NCBI GenBank assembly: GCA_030141605.1
Contig: JAQGDQ010000393.1
Span: forward strand, 1-64,000
Direction: 5' to 3'
Length of the DNA: 64,000 nt
DNA from: Tubiluchus corallicola
Taxonomy: Eukaryota; Animalia; Priapulida
In this document: positions 15,201-30,200 of the stretch, piece after piece
Layout of the letters: each line of letters starts with the position of its first letter
Numbering within the stretch: position 1 is the first letter of the stretch
Position numbers and translations under genes: made by a program
The notes under the pieces: model-generated
Seen by the model: only the letters and a program-made list of their open reading frames with translations
The model's database searches: none
Told to the model about the DNA's origin: nothing

Positions 15201-18200
15201 TTAATATCATATCAGAACAATTTACATAGGTCCCACATATTGTACTGCGGAAAGACGAAAAAGCTGAGAGCTTGAAAAAGCTTTCTGAACATGTGAAAAA
15301 AGAGAAGAAAAATGTATAAGATAATATTCAGTTGTTAGTAAAAATTTAAACGTAGGGATTGTATCACAATTACAATTTAAAGGCAAACAAAGCCAAATAA
15401 CCTTGGTTGGCATGACAACTGCCTAAATTCAACAGTGGCAAAGAAATCGAAGTTCATTTAGGGAACTAAGTCAAACTTGTATCAAAAAAAGTTATTCATC
15501 TAGGGGCAACAAAAAAAACTGATCTTACTAATTTCTACAGACACAATTTCCACTAAAAAGACCAGCTGGCTTGAAGCTGCAACTACTTGCGGCTAATAAT
15601 CTGTGAAAACCTTGCTTACCTGTTCTCTACCATCCATAAACTTCCAGGTCACTGCATAAAGGCTGCGTGGTTCATACTCATACATCAGTTCAAATCCGAG
15701 ATAAGGCGTTCTTTTTGGCAAGAAATCGGATGATAGCTGAGTTGTACCTGTCACTTTATAAGGATAGTTGCTGTAATATGAACTTGTTTCTGTTCTTGTA
15801 CCTGTTATAGACACAACAAGTGTTCTGCCCACACGTAATGATGCATCTCTGATAGTGATCTTACTATCGTCCTTGTAGTTGATATCAACGGTTGCTGCTA
15901 TCGTGCTGAAGTAGTCGGATTTTGCTACTAGATTAGAGAGTGTAACACCATCAGCAATTTTGATTCTAGATTCAATGTTGATTAAGTTCTTCTCTCCATA
16001 AGTGAGGTAAGCTTTCTCAATGGTTACGTCAATGTCATTGCCCTGGGTTTCCAGCTCACCATTAAGAGTTAATGTATCAAAATGAGGACTAGAAAATACG
16101 CATTTAATCATTTTATTGCTGGGATCCATACGTACGGTAACAGAACTCACTAGCTGTTCTTTTCCGTAGTAATTGACATTTGCTTTTGTAGATAGTAAGT
16201 TATTTTTGTTACTGAACATGCCATCGAAGGAAATTATTTCTTCATTTTCATGAAGTAACTTGAAGTATCCTTCATTATTTCCAGTGTAGCCAGTCTCGAT
16301 TTTAACAGCACGTTTACAAGGCGGTACAAATGTCATCGTGTACTGTTCTCCATTATTTAATACTTCTCTGTCAAAATCCAATCTAAGTATCTAAAATATT
16401 CAAAACTAAATTATTGAAAAAAAACATCAGTGTTAAGCTTGTAGAATAAGAAAAATCCATAAAATGTTACCACAGACAACAGTAAATTGTTAAATCCGCC
16501 TCAGAAATTATAGGAATTCAACAGCAATCTATGGCATATTGTATGAAACTAGGGTCGTACAGAGAGCACAAAGAAAAAGATGAATTCCATCATGAAAGAT
16601 GCATTCCATCCAGGTAAGGTAACAAGTACTTTGAAATGCTCCCCTCTGGTCGTAGATATCGCTCAATTAGTGCTAAAACCACAAGAACTTTCTACCCCAT
16701 TGCAATTCTCACCATCAACAGTAAATTTCAGTAAATGTCCAATATTAATTCCCTATGTTACTGTACAACTGATCGAATTATTTGTGTTAACCTCCTTGTT
16801 GTCTCCATAAGTTTTTGCAGTACGTAAAACTACATAAATTTCATTCTATGTATTATGCTATAATGACAATAAATTGCTTACTTACTTAAATTTTTCATAA
16901 TTAATTTGAATGTCTATTAGCCAAAGATGTACATGTATAATAAATACGATATACATAAACACATATAAAGATATAAAATACATATTAGAAAATGGTGCTG
17001 TAATGAAAGAAAAGTGAACTAGTTGATATTAACATATTTTTTTGCAAAACTGTAAATGCCCCACGACAAACAACTGTTGGAATGAAACTCTCCTACTAAA
17101 AAAATACTTCCTTAAATATTTCACAAATACGCGAATTCTTCTTTACCTCTTTATCATTCTAACAAGTAATAATTTCACGCCTACCTGTTCACCTTCAACT
17201 GTCGTCAAAATCATGGCATTTCCAAACTGCCGAGCATCAAAACGTGATTCCAAGTGAAGCCAGTTCCTGTCATCTTTAATAACATCCATTCTCCCGCTTA
17301 CTGTACCGCTATAGCTGTCTTGTTGATCAACATCAAACTCCAGACCAAAATTAAATGGTTCAGTGATTCGAATGTTCATTGTTTTCTTGAATACGTATCC
17401 ATAACGTGGGCTGAAATCCCCATCCCAGGTCAGTGCAACAATGCTCTTTCCCAGATGCTTATAGTCAACGTGTCCCGATTCAAGACCACTAACTTTGGCT
17501 TCCCACCTATAATTTAAAAAATACTTTAATATTTCTGGTTGAGCAACACAATAAGGTTTGTTAGAATAGTATTAGCAATCATCAGTGGCTTATTGAATCT
17601 CTTCCCATCTTACTGATATCTTTAGATATTAACTGTATACTGTATTCATGGATTTCAACAATAAATTTTGTGGAGACGATACCACCATTACAAACACTTT
17701 TTTGTACACAATATGTAAACCACAGTATGTCATTCAGTAAGTGGCAAAAAACGGCATTTAGACTAAGGCCTCTAGAAAGAATTTAGGCCAAGACTTTAGA
17801 CCCATTTAATTTAGATATTAACTATATACTGAATTCATGGATTTCAACAATAAACTTTGTGGAGACGATACCACCATTACAAACACTTTTTTGTACACAA
17901 TATGCAAATCACAGTATGTCATTCACTGAGTGGCAAAAAACGGCATTTAGACTAAAGCCTCTCGAAAGAATTTAGACAGAGACTTTAGACCCATTTTATG
18001 TTGATGTATGCATCTTATTTTTTTATTTTATTACATAATATTACATGATATTACCTAACTGCACTGATCATATACTATAATTATGTCATCTATGCACTAG
18101 GAAGGAGGCAGACAAACAAGGAGTCAAATATTCAGCACAAACCTGCATGACTCCTCGTTGTTGATTCTGATGGTACCCGTCGTGTCCAGACCAGCTCTCC

Positions 18201-21200
18201 TGCTTACATCAATCAAATACTCGACATGCACAGGCTTGACATATGGAACTGTTGCCTTGATGTTCATGTCATTATGGAAATGATCAGAACTCATATCTCC
18301 TTTTCCAAACCATTCAAGAGATACTATAGTCTCACCTTTGTACTTGTAATTCAACTGAAAAAACACGCCGATAACTTTATACACTTATATCTCGGTTTGC
18401 TGGACCTTGCTTTTACGGGTATCGGAAGAATTGGACAAAAGCTGGACCATCAAAAAATCCTGCATACTACAGACACAGTCGGTTGTTTAGCAAGTTGACC
18501 GCTAGTTGGCGGGCTGTCACTTTGTGTACACCTTGTTTACAAATAAACTGTACTTAACGTGATTGTTTCTACGTTATAGTGCACAAAAGTGACATAAGAC
18601 GACATAAAAATAGTAAAATCTCATTGGTCGCACAAAAGTATCTTATTTAAGCATACGCAGAAAAAATATAGTCAATTATGCGGAGTTATTTGAGTCAACT
18701 GCTGACAGTTTTTATGTACAATTGTACAGAAGTGGCCCATACTGGACGTTTTTGAGACAATTAGGCAATTGATTCTACATTACCATGAGTGTAATGCACG
18801 ATGCTTGCTGTATTAGCTTAGTATTGGTAAATGTATTGGACAATCGGTAAATGCAGACCACGTCTCCCCGCTTTTGTCCGGCAAACCGAAATATGAGTAT
18901 ACGGTTTTACATATGCAAACAAACATAAAAAAAATTCATCTTTCATTTCATAATTATGCAATCGAAATCAGATGTTATTACGAAATAGTTCAACAATGAA
19001 AAATCTTTAACCACCCTCTTGCATAAGCATTGCATTAATAAGGAAATGTGAAATCAAGAATCTAACATCTGTTTGACTAATTTTCTAAAAGTCCATAAAA
19101 TTTGTAAGGTGAATCGGACAGGACAACTGATATGCTATTTCTGAATTGAGTATTTTTTTCTAAAATAAAATGTAATATGTTAGAAACTCATAAATAATTT
19201 ATAAACAAAATCGTCTGAAGCATAAGCCGCCAAACGAATTTCAAATTTTAGGAATGATTTTTAATATTTAACTAAGCTGTAAACATAGTTTTATTATTCT
19301 GAAATTTAGCCTTTGAATATTAAAATTAATATCAAAATATAAAAATTTAGCTTTCTGTTATCATGTTAGAAGGTTAAATGTTTTGGTACTTATTTCTATA
19401 TCATATTGCTGTTGTACGACAAACAGACTACCTAAGACTGGTAAAGGTAAATATTAAAACGTTTGCAGCATACTTTGGTATTGAGAGGGTCGGTTATAGT
19501 AACATCTGCTGAGGCGTAATCGTATCCATTCTTTCTTGTAGTAAAATCAGCGGCATATTCACCATGCTTGTAAGCGAATTCACTGTCCATGTCAATCTGT
19601 GATGTTATTGGTGAATAGACGGAAAGTGATGTTTTGCAAGAATAATCGTCACTATAGAAAAACCAGAATTTTATAATCATTATTGCAACAATTCAAATAA
19701 AGTGCATTTGACTACAGTTAATTAAACTGATTTTGAGAAATAACCTGATTTTCTATTATTTGCAATGATAATTCCACAACTCAATGCTGAAACATATTTC
19801 AGAATTATCAACCATGCCACGGAAAATTTCTTGAAAATATTTCTGTCCCAGTGAGTACTGTGGCATAACTCATAACTCACTAACAGCAATCAAAGTTTCA
19901 AAGGTAAACATTACAACAGAGCACATTTCACCCATTATTTATAAAAGCAAACTTTATTAAAATCACAACATAAGTAAACAAATGTAAAATGTACACTAAT
20001 ATTCAAAACAAACCAACTTTGAACGCTCAAAGAAGTTTATTCCATTACCTTTTTTACATACTTCTATTACACCCATACATTTTACAAATAGCTATTTACT
20101 TTGCAATTTTAATAGCAATAGATATTGCAATGTTCATGCAAATGATTACCAACTTGAAATAACCAGTAAACGATGGTAATGCCACAGTTTTCAACATTTG
20201 CACATTTTATAAAAAAACAATTTTTTATTTTACGTATGTTATTTACACAGGAGACAAACGTTTTACATAGGAGACAGAAGGCAGTCTTCATAACATACCT
20301 GTATAAGTAATTTTTATGCCAATCAAACTTAGTATCAAGAATTTTCTCGTAGCCATCAGTAGCTTTAATTGTAGTTGTCAGTGCCTCGGTAGAGTATTTA
20401 GTGTTACTAGTCCATTCAAGTGATCGAGAACCTACAGTAGATGCGAGAGTTTGTAAACACGCCAGACAAGCTTAGTCTTATAAGTAATTTTAGACTTAAC
20501 TTAGTAGCATCAGGGTTGCCATTTTGCATGATGCTGATTATCATGTTAGAGGCTAAAAATTATCGAACTTTCCGACAAATTATACTGTTTTTGCTCAACA
20601 TCCATAATTATTATTATTATTATTAGTGTGTAATTGTGTACTTAATAACTATAACATCAAAAAAGTGGCATTACCAAGCGTAAAACACAATAAAATGTAT
20701 TCATTTCTGCATGTGCAGAATTTAGACTTATTATCGCCATTATGACAATTTTTTCAAACTGATTTTTTTCGAGGAATTGTGACCAGCACCCGCTCGACTA
20801 CAATGAAATCAAAGTTAATTTACTTCCCACTGGTTAGCAGTAGTCATGCTTTAAATGTTTTCAGTGTATAATTTTTTTCAAACTTACATTTTTTGTGTCG
20901 TATCTAAATTTACAATTATCGATTATCATAACGTCTCTTTTTTTGGATGGTAAAACGCCTCAAATTATCCCATAAAAGGCAACCCTGAATAGCATTACCT
21001 CTAAATGGCAACCCTGAATAGCATTACCTCATTACGTCTGTTTTTCCTTTATATTTTGACGATTACTGTCCAACGTGAAAATATAAATTTCACTGTGACT
21101 GCACCGTGCCTATATCTATATATACTAGTAATACTTCTAAGAACCAGTCTTCGTTAGATGATTAGACAAGCTATCCAATGTGGTTCTCTAAGCTACCAAC

Positions 21201-24200
21201 GCTCTTGATGCATCGAACAGTTATTTATGGCTATAATATTTTATTCTATACATACGTAACATCTCACCATACCACTGATGTAACTGCAATTTTGGTAATA
21301 TTTTGATCTTGTAATACCGTATACGAAGATCTATCATAAATCGACATATTCCTTCAACCCAATAAAGTGATCTTGTTTAAATAGTGTAAATTGACGCACT
21401 TTAGTATAAAATAAGTGATGCCAGTGCTGGAACCGTGTGAAAACTCACCGTCTACTATGAAATCGCTTTGTCTAATGACCGTTGCTTGTCTGTTTAATGT
21501 CTAATGACAAAACGCCTCCTGCTTTAGATTATGCAATGAAGAATTTGAAAGGTTAAAATTTCACAAAAACTTGACGATTTCAGATGGCTCGCACGATTCC
21601 GTGAATACACTATCCCATTCAAAACGCAGGGAAGGACAAATCATAGATAATAGATGGCACGTCGAACTCAGTCACAATTAAACTTTATGAAACTATTTAT
21701 GCAAAAAAAAAAACAATAATACCTGTCATTAACGAGAGTTCCTGTTGCATTGAACCACGCTGATGACTGTGACTCATCTTGGCATTTTTGAATAAGCTGT
21801 ACGTCGACGAAGCCCTCACATCAAACTCCATGTCATTCCACGCCTTCATTAGCAAAAAATAGAAATTTTATGTTTAAGATTGTGTTATATGTGTGCTTGC
21901 AAACCAAAACCGTCCATAAGTCGGTATCGTTAAAACTATGTTATGATGCTTCAAGATAGAATGCACGTAAATTTTGGTCAAATGTCAATTTTTGTTTTTT
22001 ATAAAAACAAAAGTTAAATATATTGGACTTTTATAAGATAATTGTACTTTCAAACTCCATGAGCAGCTCGTGGAACAGTCATTTTGCTACGGGTTTTTGC
22101 TGTTGCCAAGCCCAGATCTTCACCGGGAAGAGCCATCTACTGGATTTAAACACAACTCCAATCTGCTCTGGCAAAGTCCGTAACAACCAACATTTGTGCG
22201 TTTGCTAAGTGTTTTTGCAGAGACATGACAAAAAACAATGGCTAACTTTCACAGTGCTTTTCTCAAGAATATGTTTTTCAGTGTGTAGCCTGCACCTCAA
22301 CTTCATGTGGATTATCTCAGCTTAGGAATAACATAGAGTGATGAACTTGATATCAAAATGATCCTCATGAAATGGACATTCAGGATATGTGAATAACTAG
22401 AAAAACTTAACTGCCGACTTATGGACGATTTTGCTATGCAAGCACACATATTTTATTCAAAATATTAAACGAAATTTTTAGAAAATTGTGTTAATAACAC
22501 AAAATCGAATTAACACAAAATCGACTCAATTTCCTGAAAAATTCCATCAAGAAAAGAACGAATTTGTTGAAGTCTTATACGTAAATTGCAAAATGCCAAG
22601 AAATTGCTCTGATGTCACTATGCAATGCTGCTGTTATCTTTACCTCAGTCGTGAAATGCTTTTACAAATAAACAATTTATCCCAACAACAATAATATAAT
22701 ATTAGATAATAATAGTAAATACTAAACATTTTTCATTTATATAAATTTCGCACTAGAAACTCCCATCAATATTCCAACTAGTCAGTTTTTAAATTTTATG
22801 ATAAAAACTAACGTGAATAATGATAACGAAGTTCTAAATGTATTTAAGTACTGTACGATAGAGATGGGAATCGATGAAAAATCGATTTTTGAATCGATAC
22901 AAAACAAAATCGAATTTTTTCATCTATTATCGAATCGATAAAATAACTGATTATCGCCACAGAAGATTGATACAATCGAAACATCAATATTGAAATTGAG
23001 GTGTCATTTCAACGATTTTTGTTAGCAATTTAAACATATTGAGAACAACAGTTCATATAATCGTGTTATTAGTACTAAAACTAATGTATAGCAACTAAAA
23101 TGTACCACTTTTTCATGTACAAAAATTCACAATACTTTCATGAGTGCAAACTTTTAATTTACACACTGGTAAGGTCACCATTTAAATATATAAACTAGTT
23201 TAAAGACAGCATGTATTTTAGAAATTAAAATCGCATCGAAATCGTATCGCAAGTTCTAATCGTTTATCGAAATCGTATCGCAAGTTCTTATCATTTATCA
23301 AAATCGTATCGCAAGTTCTTATCATTTATCAAAATCGTATCGCAAGTTCTTATCGTTTATCAAAATCGTATCGCAAGTTCTTATCGTTTATCAAAATCGT
23401 ATCGCAAGTTCTTATCGTTTATTGAAATCGTATCGCAAGTTCTAATCATTTATCAAAATCGTATCGCAAGTTCTTATCGTTTATCAAAATCGTATCGCAA
23501 GTTCTTATCGTTTATCAAAATCGTATCGCAAGTTCTAATCGTTTATCGAAATCGTATCGCAAGTTCTTATCATTTATCAAAATCGTATCGCAAGTTCTTA
23601 TCATTTATCGAAATCATATCTCAATATTTTGTGTCGATTCCCATCCCTACCTCATGACGGTAACAAACCTAATCATCTTCAATACTTACATCAAATCTAC
23701 CACTGCTAGACACTGTTACAGATTGTGAGTCTGGCCACTGCAATATCAAGTCCGCATCGTGTCTTCCCCTGGAGTCTATATCACAGTTGGTTTCAAAGTG
23801 AATCTTCTTACTTCTGTCATACTTGTCCCAGGCAACATTCAAAGTTACTTGCCGAGGATTCTCAAGTTTGAGGCTGCTATCTATTTTGACGCTGACGTCA
23901 TTGTCGTAGTTAAAATCTGCCTCAATTTTTTTCTCGGTGTCATCCTATCAAAATATTGTTATACAAACACCTGGCTTATATTAATAAGCCTTTTCACGGT
24001 TTCGTTGTGCGCACAAGCAGTTACTATAGCTCAAAGGTTAAGTGCACCCCAGCAATAAGTCTTAACTACAACTGTCACGACATGTGAGTAAAGCAAAGCC
24101 ATCTACGGCACCAGTTCAGTAACTTCAGTTGTTTTACAGGGACTTTACTTAATTACGAATTAGTCTGTGTATAGAGTGATTTACTAGCAGGATCTTGCTT

Positions 24201-27200
24201 GGGAACAAGAAAAAATGAACTAGGTAAGGTTCTAGCTAGCTGTGAAAACTGTTACTATTACAATAGTATGGGCTGTGAGGCATTGTCAAGTGTACACAAA
24301 TGCATTGTTTAGTATACTTAACCTTTGACCTTTCCACAATTATCATCAACCACTAGAACTGTGAAAAGGCTTATTAGGATAAGATCGTTAACGTGGACAT
24401 ATGGATAATGTTAATCAATCTCTCAAAAGTAGTAAACAAAATTCTAATAAACTGTACAGCATTTAAATGTCACTAATTCAAATCTGACAGAAAGATTCAA
24501 ATTAAGTCTGTGGTTTTATTTATTATAATGGCATACCCCACTCAAGCCCAAATTGTTATGTAGCCTAAAAATTCTACAACTTACTGAAAAACTGACTCTT
24601 GTGCTTGCTACATGACCTGGTCGAACAGCTTCTAGTTCCATCACATGCTCACGACTCGATTCCCGAGTATACGAACTGCCTAGCTTGTATTCATCTCGGT
24701 TGTTTGGCTTGAAACTGCAATAAAAATTATCAGTTATAATGAAACGGTATAACAATAATCGTACATCTTACAGCGAATCAGAAAATTATGTTTGACTCAA
24801 ACTCCGCGAAGAATGAGAATGCCTGCAATGACAATAAGTTCGCACTTTACCTAAGTGTTAGTTGATAATCATCGCCATGTTGACCAGCAGATTTCCTAGC
24901 TTCCTGATTGTAGGTTATTGGATCTTTACTTGGCAAGAATAGCTCCACTGTAAGCGAGTGTCCATCGCCACCAAAAGCTATATATTGTGAAGTAGCTTCA
25001 ACCTGAAATTTTTTATATAATGAAATTGGAATAAAAACGTGAAGAGAAACAACATAGGGCCATAAACATATAAGTTTATCTTCACTAAAATGGAAAAAAA
25101 TCGCATATTGATTTATCCAAATTCTTTAAAAATAATAAACATTTACCATATCTTATAATGAAGATAGCATGCGAAAAACATAGATCGAAGCATATATGCA
25201 ACTTTAAAAGTGTTTTCTATAACATACATCAGAAATCGCATATAGTCACATAACAAAATATTATGCTGGGATATCAGTGGCAGAATTTTTCAAACATTTC
25301 AAACACGCAATACAAAAACATGAACTTGTATTTGTCAAAGAATTGCCGGCCATTAATAAATATTATAAAAATGAATTCGGAAAACGCAAAATAATATTCT
25401 CTCAAAAAATACTAATACTTTTTGTAATAGCACACAATAATGGCAAATCTTTACCTGTTTCCCTTCTTCCCAAGAAAGGTGAGCAGACATGTCGTATGAG
25501 TCCGGGGAAGTTTCCTGTAGAACTAGTTTAGTAAAAGTCTTCCTACGTGGGAAGTCCAGCGTTGCTAAGCCATTGTATTTGAGCAGCTTCTCACCGTACC
25601 GCCCGGCATTGTGGGAATTTGTTTCATCGTTCAATGCCAAACTGCCAAGAATCTGTTCGTGTCCATAACTGTAAAGAATTATTTATTTTATTCATTTATC
25701 TATTTATTCATAGACATACATAGTCTTAAGCCAAAATACAAATACAAATAGAAATATATATAATAAAATTAGTTATGATCACAAAGTTGGCATTAATTTT
25801 GTCCAAAATGGTCTGCATTCTGACAAATCTGCCGAGCTTCGTGCATTTTTTAAATTTCATCGTGTTCAAAGGTGATAAAAGTCACTTTTTCACCAAATAT
25901 TTGTGGTTTTCTGGAAACTCCATGAACAACAATGCCATTTCAGGATTGTAAGAAACTTAGATTGATGATTTTATCATTCATTAAGCACATGGATTCACCA
26001 CACATATCTCTGTCCATGGAGGATGAATATGCATCCAAACCTGGCAAAGATCATTGCAAGTTCGGTGCACCATTGTAAAAGATTAACATTGGTAATGAGC
26101 TAGGTTCGAGTCCTGCCACAACCATATACATTAAGCATGCACCGCCACTGAATGCTAGATATTGGCCTATAAGGTGTAAAACTGCATAGAAATGACAAGA
26201 GTCCATCCATTCATTTCATTACTACAGGTTTGTCCTTTCCTGTGAGTGAGATTATTTTACCTAACTGTGACATGAAGCCATTTTTCCACAAGGCGTAGAC
26301 TGCAATGCTTGTAGCCTTATAGGCTCACCTTATCCTCTACAACCTTATACTAACTATGTATTTTCTGTGTTAGAATTATAACAGCAACAGGAACATGTAC
26401 AATCAAACTAAGACAGAATTTTGACCTGAAAATAACAATTTTAAGTTTAATTTTACAGACCTACAAAAGAATGGCTAAAAAATTTCTGACGCAGCACCCC
26501 ACTAATTTTAGCTACGAGCCACCACTGCTGATTGCAATATTATCTCAAACACTTACAACACTCTAACATCAGTCTTCAAGTTTTCACTCGACATTGTGTG
26601 GTTGGCACTCAAACCATAGTTTATGTCCCTATGTGGGATGAGCACGCCCAATTCTGCCCGATAGTCACTACGGTCGCCATCCATTTCCCGTTTCAAGAAC
26701 TGCTGTATAGTGAATTCTCGTTGATAAAATCCATATTTTCCGTAAGCAAATGTTTTCAAGTGCCTACAAATGCACGAACACAGGATTAGGTACGTATACT
26801 ACTGTCAAAACAAAGCTTAGTTATAGCAAAGTAGCTACTGTGTAATCTACAAGAGGTATTTGATTAATATTAACAAAGGAATGCTAACAAAATGAAGTAC
26901 AGTGATACCTCAAGATACGAAATTAATACGTTCCGGAGGGGCTTTCGTATCCTAGAATTTTCATATTATGAGACAAGATTACCCCTATAAATAGCGTAAT
27001 TCATTCCAGCCCCGCCAAAAACAGTCGTATAAAGTGTAAATATTATACCCACCCAAAAGAAATATGTTCGTTAATGACAACTTAATCATTTACATAAATG
27101 TTAAAAAACAATGAGAAAATAATAAAATCAATGAAAAATAATAATAAATGTTGTAACGAATAATGACACTTTACCTTTTGAGTCGGGTAAATGTGCAAGA

Positions 27201-30200
27201 TAAACCATTCACGTGATCCTACGAAATGCATTCTGGGAGGAACACTGTCAGGCGATACTTTGGATTTTCGTTTTCATATCTTGAATATTTTTTCGTTAAA
27301 TGGGACGGAAATTTCTTCGAAGCCCGATTCGTATTCTGAATCTTCGTATAACAGGGTTTTCGTAAGTCGAGGTTCCACTGTACGATAATAAGAAACAAGC
27401 GCTAACAGATACGTACCCATCACCTATTTCATATGCCACTTCCATACTATTGATGCTGTATCTAGGAAACTGTGAAAACTTAATGCTGCCCGTATCACTC
27501 CACTTTCTAATGCCATTCTCACTATTGTCCAAATGCTTAAACACAAACTTGACCGTTTCTTTGGCGTTGGCTCCAATCTGATAGTCCACGTTCATTCTGG
27601 TTTGCAAATTCTGTTAAAAATTAAGAAGTTATTAAGTTTGTGCTAAAAAAAGGTTTCCCTGGTTGTGTTTGTTTGTTGTTTAATCTAACAACATTTGATA
27701 CTGTTGATGATTTATTTTTGCGTAAATCAATTTACATTTTTTTCTCCTCTTTCTGTTTTACATGTGTTATTTTATTTCTGTTTACGTGTTTTCAGCCTTT
27801 TACCATAATTGCGCATTCGTCATTGCTATTATTGATGGAAGAACACCCAAGTTTGTTAATTTGTTATGTTTGTATAGCAAACTTTGTATAGAAACAAATT
27901 TTTTTCTGCGCAACAGAGATGACACAAATTCTGGTTAGTGAATTTTAATTAGTTTTATTAATGCGGCACAGGCAGCTCTACTGTGTTCATTTTTCTCCAA
28001 ATTTAAAAATTCTTTTCTTATTGGGAAGAAAATAAGAGCGATGTCAAACCTTAATTAACCTTACAATTTTGCAAATACGTGGCTATTTCACAAATATATT
28101 ACGAGTCTCATGTGCTACAAACAATTATTTTTGTCTCAGTATACAAGCTATAAATAGCCAACGATTGATTTTAATCTAAACTCAACTTTCACACTTAGTA
28201 TGAACACAAGCTTTGTTCAAACTAATTCAAAATTTCCTTACTAGAACTTTTTTGCTTGTTATTTTATTAGCTGCTATGAAATCTAATAATAAAGACACAA
28301 AATGCACTTAGAGATGATCAACAACCATTAGTGAGTTGGTCAAGTTGGTCAATTACCTTCTTTGCTTGTTTAATATTTCCATACATCCGTGTTGTGTGAT
28401 GTGGACACGACCAGTTCATGTCAACACTCAGCTGACGTCCTTTCTGAGCTTTCTCAATCTCACCTGTCAAACACAAAACCCAATTGTCAATCAAATATGC
28501 CTACATTACATTTATAGCCAATTTTACGACTAACAAATTAGTACAAAAAATTTAGTAATTAATTTAGTAATTAGTACATTTAAATTTTTAGTAATTGCAT
28601 ATTAGTCATTGCATGCCTACATTTAGTGCTCAAAACATTCACATGCAGGTTTTTAATTAAAATATGATAATACTAAGTTTTGTTATTTAATAACTGCATC
28701 AAAATAACTAATGTACAGTGAGCCGAGATAATATCAAGCTCATATTCTAGCAGCAGCTCTAGGAAAAACAAAACTTATAAGCAAAAACGGTTTTTTCAAA
28801 GTGTTTCTAAGTTTTTCTTCATGCATTAAAAGGGATTAAAGTATGTTGCAAAAAACGTGCCACACAAAGACATTTAAAAGACTTAGTTAACTAGAAAACA
28901 AAATTCAAAATGTTTGTGTCAACTGGAAAAATGTCACTGACTCACATTTCCAGTGTGAAACAAAATGACTCACCAAAAATTATTTTTAATCTTATTGACA
29001 AGATACAATAGACATAGACAGTAATTTATATTTTCACTTACTTAGCAAAGAGTATGCTACGAATGCTGTGATTATTTTTCAAAGTTTAGGCATTGTTATC
29101 TAAACTTGTTTCAAATGACCTAATGCTAAACTACTGGTTATTTCAGGAGCTTAAATTTGTAAGTTTTATACAGCATTACTCCTAATACAAGTTCAATGCA
29201 TAGAAATACAAAATTTCAAGACGAATTTTTTAGCTTTATGTTAGTAAAAGGTTTTCTTGTCATTTAACAAAATAGAGAATTGGAATGTTTTAATATTAAG
29301 GAAGTTCAAAGTTCAAACAAATTTATCTAATGACAAACTAGTCACGTTTCTCAAACAGTGATGAGTTTCCCACTTCTTACCATTCAACGTAAGTGGTGGA
29401 TCGTAGAGTCCCAGGAGTGACAAGTCAACTGTGAGCTTTTTCTCCCGCTCATAATCTAAAAATCCTTGTAGAGTGATGGGAACACGACCAGGCACCTCTA
29501 TTTGGAGGAACGGGGTAAACTTAGCTCGACCATCCTGCTCCTCGGTTTGAATTTGTCCCTGAATTACATACTCCTGCCTATCATCAACGTTTAACTTCAT
29601 GCTACCTCTCTTTAGTGCTGGCAAGTTTACCAAGCTTCCTGTAATATTGTGTAGAATAATAAAAGTTAGCATATGTAAATGACAATAACAAACACTAATG
29701 ACAAATGTAATGGTCATTTGTAACATTTTAAGAGATTATAACCAGTTTTAACAATTCGCTAAAAACGTAATCACGTCTTCGGGTTAGCGAGTTTTCTTGC
29801 TAAGTAAATTCACTAAGTAACTTGCAAGCATTTTCAGACAAGTTAGCAAAACTTGTTGCGAGTTATTCTCCGACAGTAAGTGTGAGCTGACACTTCTTTA
29901 TTTAATGCGAGTAACTCACCCGAGAAGTGTCCAGAGAAACTCACCGAGGCGTTCACACTAGAGTGTATCTCGCAGGAAATCAACTCGCAGCAAATCTGGG
30001 GAGAGTTTGCAGTAACTCACCGACAGTAACTCACAAAGCAGTTCACACGTGCGAGTTTGCTGTCACAGAAAAAGCTCGTGACAGAAAACTAGTCTGAACG
30101 CGCTCTAGCCGACATTTGTTACCTTTGCTGGAATTCCAACAAGTGTAACAGCAATTCTATGACATCTCACAAATAACGTACAACATATTATCTTTAAATA

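Noticed and set aside
16580-16810. Extra LLTP exon or nested gene
   Set aside because: The minus-strand frame I read has stops, exons 32 and 33 join in phase without it, and the plus strand is a frameshifted LINE remnant.
23239-23610. CRISPR array
   Set aside because: 31-bp units are head to tail with no unique spacers, inside a MITE in a eukaryotic intron, with no cas genes.
25690-26090. Minus-strand LINE 3' remnant
   Set aside because: Only a vague Cys-rich resemblance and an AATAAA-repeat tail; too degraded to support as a feature.
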